Virus record (IMG/VR): IMGVR_UViG_3300032275_000010
Location: 1-35,419 of that record
Strand: one strand, 5' to 3'
Length of the DNA: 35,419 bases
From: a virus
Lineage: Duplodnaviria > Caudoviricetes
The notes beneath the pieces are model-generated. The model was given only the letters and a program-made list of their open reading frames with translations, ran no database searches and had not been told where the DNA came from. The translations under genes were made by a program, and so were the position numbers. The first letter of the stretch is position 1, and each line of letters opens with the position of its first letter. Below are positions 32,482 to 35,419 of the stretch, piece after piece.

Positions 32482-34737
32482 CTATCCCTGATTCGATGAA
32501 ATAGAGCGTATCACAGCCAGTAGATGGAAAGGGAAAGGATCGTCCTGCGTGATGGTCATCTCTGCTTTACCCTTGGCCCAGCCAAGTGTTGATATTGACT
32601 TGTCACCTGTAAATAATTTCGGGGCAACATCAAGCTGTGTAGGGCCAATAATCCGGCCAGGTAATACCTGATCGCCGTTCACTGATAATCCGATGGTATT
32701 GTGCACCCGCACTACGGCTTCATTCATACTAAGCGCATCAGATTGCATAGAGCCAGTGCCAGTCTGCACCTCGGGCGTCAGCATGATAATAGTAGGCTTG
32801 TACATCAGCCCGATCAGTACGCGTTTGGCCGCACGCGGTAGTGTCACTTGCCCAGTACCGACATCAACCACCATTGGCGGCATATCTACACCATCTGCCA
32901 AGCAACGCACCGTTTTCCCTTTCAAGTGCTGTACATCCCACACCGTTTTTCCCACTGCATCATCGCCTGTAATCGCGCAATCAAGCTGAAATCCCCAGTC
33001 CACGGGGTAATCGCCTGGCGGGAATACATCCAGGCTTGGGGTAGCGGTGCCATAAATAGGATACCAGCTTGATTTCATGCGCTCGACATAACGCACAAAC
33101 GCGCCATTGACCGAGCGGCGAACGATCATCCATACCTGTTCCTCTGCGCCCGATGGTAACACCGCGAGAGATTCCACCGCGCCGTCTGTCTCGTGGTCAC
33201 TCCATGCAATCACCTCAAGCGATCGATCCAGCGTCACACTGAGCAATCGTCCACTGTTAAGCGCAATCCATACTATCGGTTCTGGTTCCTGCTGAAATGC
33301 CATACTGGCTATGCCTGATTCAGTGATCGTGTTCGCAAGTGTTGTAATATCTGTTGATTGTCCACTATCATCTACTGCAGTATTTCCAATAGCGATAATC
33401 TTCTTACCCGCACGCTGTACAAAAAGCGTTTCTTTATTTGCCTGCACAGGTCTTACTATAGCAGAACCATGTTTAGATGATGGATCGACTTGAATATTTG
33501 TCGGGGTAAGTGGCTTCTCAATACCGCCATAAATTGAGAACTCTCGCCCGTAGGTCAGTGCTGTTAGACGTTTTGAGGAAACCAGATAATTTATTTTATT
33601 GACCTGATCATCCTCTCCCAATAGTGTGTACGAGAATGAATCATCGTCATTTACACCGGGTGTAAATTCTAATGGCTCTCCTGATTTACTAGCCCATATT
33701 TTTTGTGGGTATTTTGTTGATCCACCTGCAACTATGCGCTGCTGGTAAAATGTCCCTGTGCTCGGGTAACCATCGCGGCTATTCCAGACAAAATCCTCAA
33801 GTGTCCATGAAAGTGCAGGAGCAGCAGTCAGCGAAGTAAGAACACGCATCACAATGCCATTGCATACAGTGTCTGATGTATAGCCTGTAATTTTAACTAA
33901 CCCACCGTTAACTCTTACATATTTCCCGATCGTATTATTAACCCGCCATCCAGCGGCTGCAAGTGTCAATGTGATGGCGCTGCCAATGGGTGTAGCTGCG
34001 CCGGTTAGTGATAGGGTTGTTTGTGGCGAAGAGTCCAAATTCCATAATCTAACTGGGATATCTACGCTTGGATAAATTATTTTTACCTCAACAGTCACCA
34101 ATATTGTGCTTGTATATCCTGTAATGACAGCCAATCCGCCGCTATATGTCACAGCGCGACCAACATCTGAGGCCAGGAATGTTGCTCCAACCGCTGACAT
34201 AGTTCTTCCTGGGCCAATAGTATTAGAAGAAAGTGTTATTATAGTGGATGGATAATCACCTATTTCATCGAATGGTAACGTAGTAAATGGAGCGGCAGAT
34301 ACATCCCATTGTGTATCTGTAAAACATCTTATTCTGTATGGGAATACGGCACTGTGAAATACGTACATTGCATCATCATTGCTTGAGTAATCCATCTCTA
34401 GCACTTGCGCAATTGTCCATGGTGTTGCAACTTCGTAAGGTGCGCCGATTGGTGTTCCCGTCGATGAAAACACCCTTATATAATTAACACCAACTTCCAG
34501 CATATAAGCAAGGTCTTTGCTGATAATGAATGGGATTAAGCGGGACTTATTCGCTGAATTTTTTGTTGCAGCAAGGTACTGCATACCAAAACGTTTTTGT
34601 GCGCCGCCAAGCGTACGGCAAATAATATTTCGTAGTTTCTTAGCTGCATGTGGATAGCGCGCAATATCAACACGCCCCATCGCTTCCGGTGATAACACGC
34701 CTGCGCTGAATGTACCTTGTAGCCCCTTGAATTTCAT
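32482..34737 (-). CDS. Tail nozzle (tail tubular protein B, gp12-like)
   Basis: 751 aa with 'FSAGVLSP...GRVD', 'GYPSTGTFYQQR', 'LFVQRAG' and 'PFPFHLLAV'. Confidence 0.9.
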   Translation of the reverse strand: MKFKGLQGTFSAGVLSPEAMGRVDIARYPHAAKKLRNIICRTLGGAQKRFGMQYLAATKNSANKSRLIPFIISKDLAYMLEVGVNYIRVFSSTGTPIGAPYEVATPWTIAQVLEMDYSSNDDAMYVFHSAVFPYRIRCFTDTQWDVSAAPFTTLPFDEIGDYPSTIITLSSNTIGPGRTMSAVGATFLASDVGRAVTYSGGLAVITGYTSTILVTVEVKIIYPSVDIPVRLWNLDSSPQTTLSLTGAATPIGSAITLTLAAAGWRVNNTIGKYVRVNGGLVKITGYTSDTVCNGIVMRVLTSLTAAPALSWTLEDFVWNSRDGYPSTGTFYQQRIVAGGSTKYPQKIWASKSGEPLEFTPGVNDDDSFSYTLLGEDDQVNKINYLVSSKRLTALTYGREFSIYGGIEKPLTPTNIQVDPSSKHGSAIVRPVQANKETLFVQRAGKKIIAIGNTAVDDSGQSTDITTLANTITESGIASMAFQQEPEPIVWIALNSGRLLSVTLDRSLEVIAWSDHETDGAVESLAVLPSGAEEQVWMIVRRSVNGAFVRYVERMKSSWYPIYGTATPSLDVFPPGDYPVDWGFQLDCAITGDDAVGKTVWDVQHLKGKTVRCLADGVDMPPMVVDVGTGQVTLPRAAKRVLIGLMYKPTIIMLTPEVQTGTGSMQSDALSMNEAVVRVHNTIGLSVNGDQVLPGRIIGPTQLDVAPKLFTGDKSISTLGWAKGKAEMTITQDDPFPFHLLAVIRSISSNQG

Positions 34738-35303
34738 TATCTGTACCTATTTCCCAATAATGGAGAATCGCCAAGTGTTTCAGGTGCGCTTTCTTGCCCG
34801 TCAACATTACGCGCCAACTTAAGCGCAGCTTTAACAATCTCTTCCTCTGTTGCCTGCTTTGCGGTTGATTTTGTGATTGTGTAGGTCAGCGCGGCAACCA
34901 TAACCTGTGTCATTACATCAACTAGAAGTGCATCCCAAGTTTCCTCAGCATTATTCCGCCATATGTAACGCAACCGGCAGATATTCGTATTCATCAGGAT
35001 TTTTTTATTCTCGATCAGAAAATCATCCGTTGAGCCTTTCAGTCCAACGCTGATATTGCGCAGCCAGTCATCCGGCAGCGTGAATTGATAGGACCAGTCG
35101 AAGGGAGGGGCGTCAACATCGGGAGATAACACCACGCGTTTTGATGCGCAATTCCACGGATGCAGGCGCAACACACGGTTGCGCTTGTATGAATAGAGGT
35201 TTGACACAGCCCGCGTGCGGTCATTGGCCTCGTCAAAGCTGGAAATAGGGGAATCACCAAGCAGCAGCAAGGCATTTGAGCAGATTGACACGGCTGATGT
35301 CAT
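34737..35303 (-). CDS. Tail adaptor (tail tubular protein A, gp11-like)
   Basis: 'VSICSNALLLLGDSPISSF', 'HPWNCA' and 'YQFTLPDD'. Confidence 0.9.
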   Translation of the reverse strand: MTSAVSICSNALLLLGDSPISSFDEANDRTRAVSNLYSYKRNRVLRLHPWNCASKRVVLSPDVDAPPFDWSYQFTLPDDWLRNISVGLKGSTDDFLIENKKILMNTNICRLRYIWRNNAEETWDALLVDVMTQVMVAALTYTITKSTAKQATEEEIVKAALKLARNVDGQESAPETLGDSPLLGNRYR

Positions 35304-35419
35304 GGTACCACCTTAAAAAAAAGCCCAGCGTGATAATGCGCCGGGCTGAAATCGGCTTTCACCGAGGGGACTGCAAAAAATTAATTCTCGACGTAATCAA
35401 CCTCGACGCGAACGTCCTG
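35293..35419. repeat. Terminal direct repeat (copy 2)
   Basis: Identical to 1-127. Confidence 0.93.

Noticed and set aside
35293-35419. 127-bp terminal repeat as a biological DTR
   Set aside because: The length equals a common assembler k-mer and the repeat cuts through genes. It is best read as circular overlap, so the real genome ends are unknown.
1-35419. tRNA, rRNA, IS elements or an integron integrase
   Set aside because: None recognised by eye. tRNAscan-SE and an IntI/phage-integrase HMM scan would confirm.

Overview
This window looks like a complete circular ~35.3 kb podovirus genome. Bases 1-127 repeat exactly at 35293-35419, most likely an assembly overlap. It carries a BPP-1/epsilon15/T7-type virion module (portal, scaffold, capsid, tail adaptor and nozzle, ejection proteins, terminase, tailspike, M15 endolysin). 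It also has lambdoid-type early genes (Cro-like HTH, DnaC/IstB-like loader, O-like initiator with iterons and a DnaA box, RecE-like nuclease, Sak4-like ATPase, RusA). I see no integrase, CI repressor or reverse transcriptase. The main discovery is two arrays of integron attC-like sites, at 11608-12436 (4 sites) and 18130-19761 (6 sites), that separate small accessory genes inside the two divergent early operons. The cassette ends are complementary across each ORF, the footprint expected from IntI-type crossovers. Unlike normal integrons, every ORF is antisense to the canonical attC orientation. Several attC loops contain the ribosome-binding site, start codon and N-terminal leader of their gene, and the phage encodes no IntI. 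Other notable items are a 1531-aa ejection protein with diguanylate-cyclase (SGDEF) and ADP-ribosyltransferase-like domains, an unannotated 58-aa copy of the scaffold C-terminal motif, and a three-copy late-promoter-like motif. All product calls come from motif recognition by eye, not from database searches.
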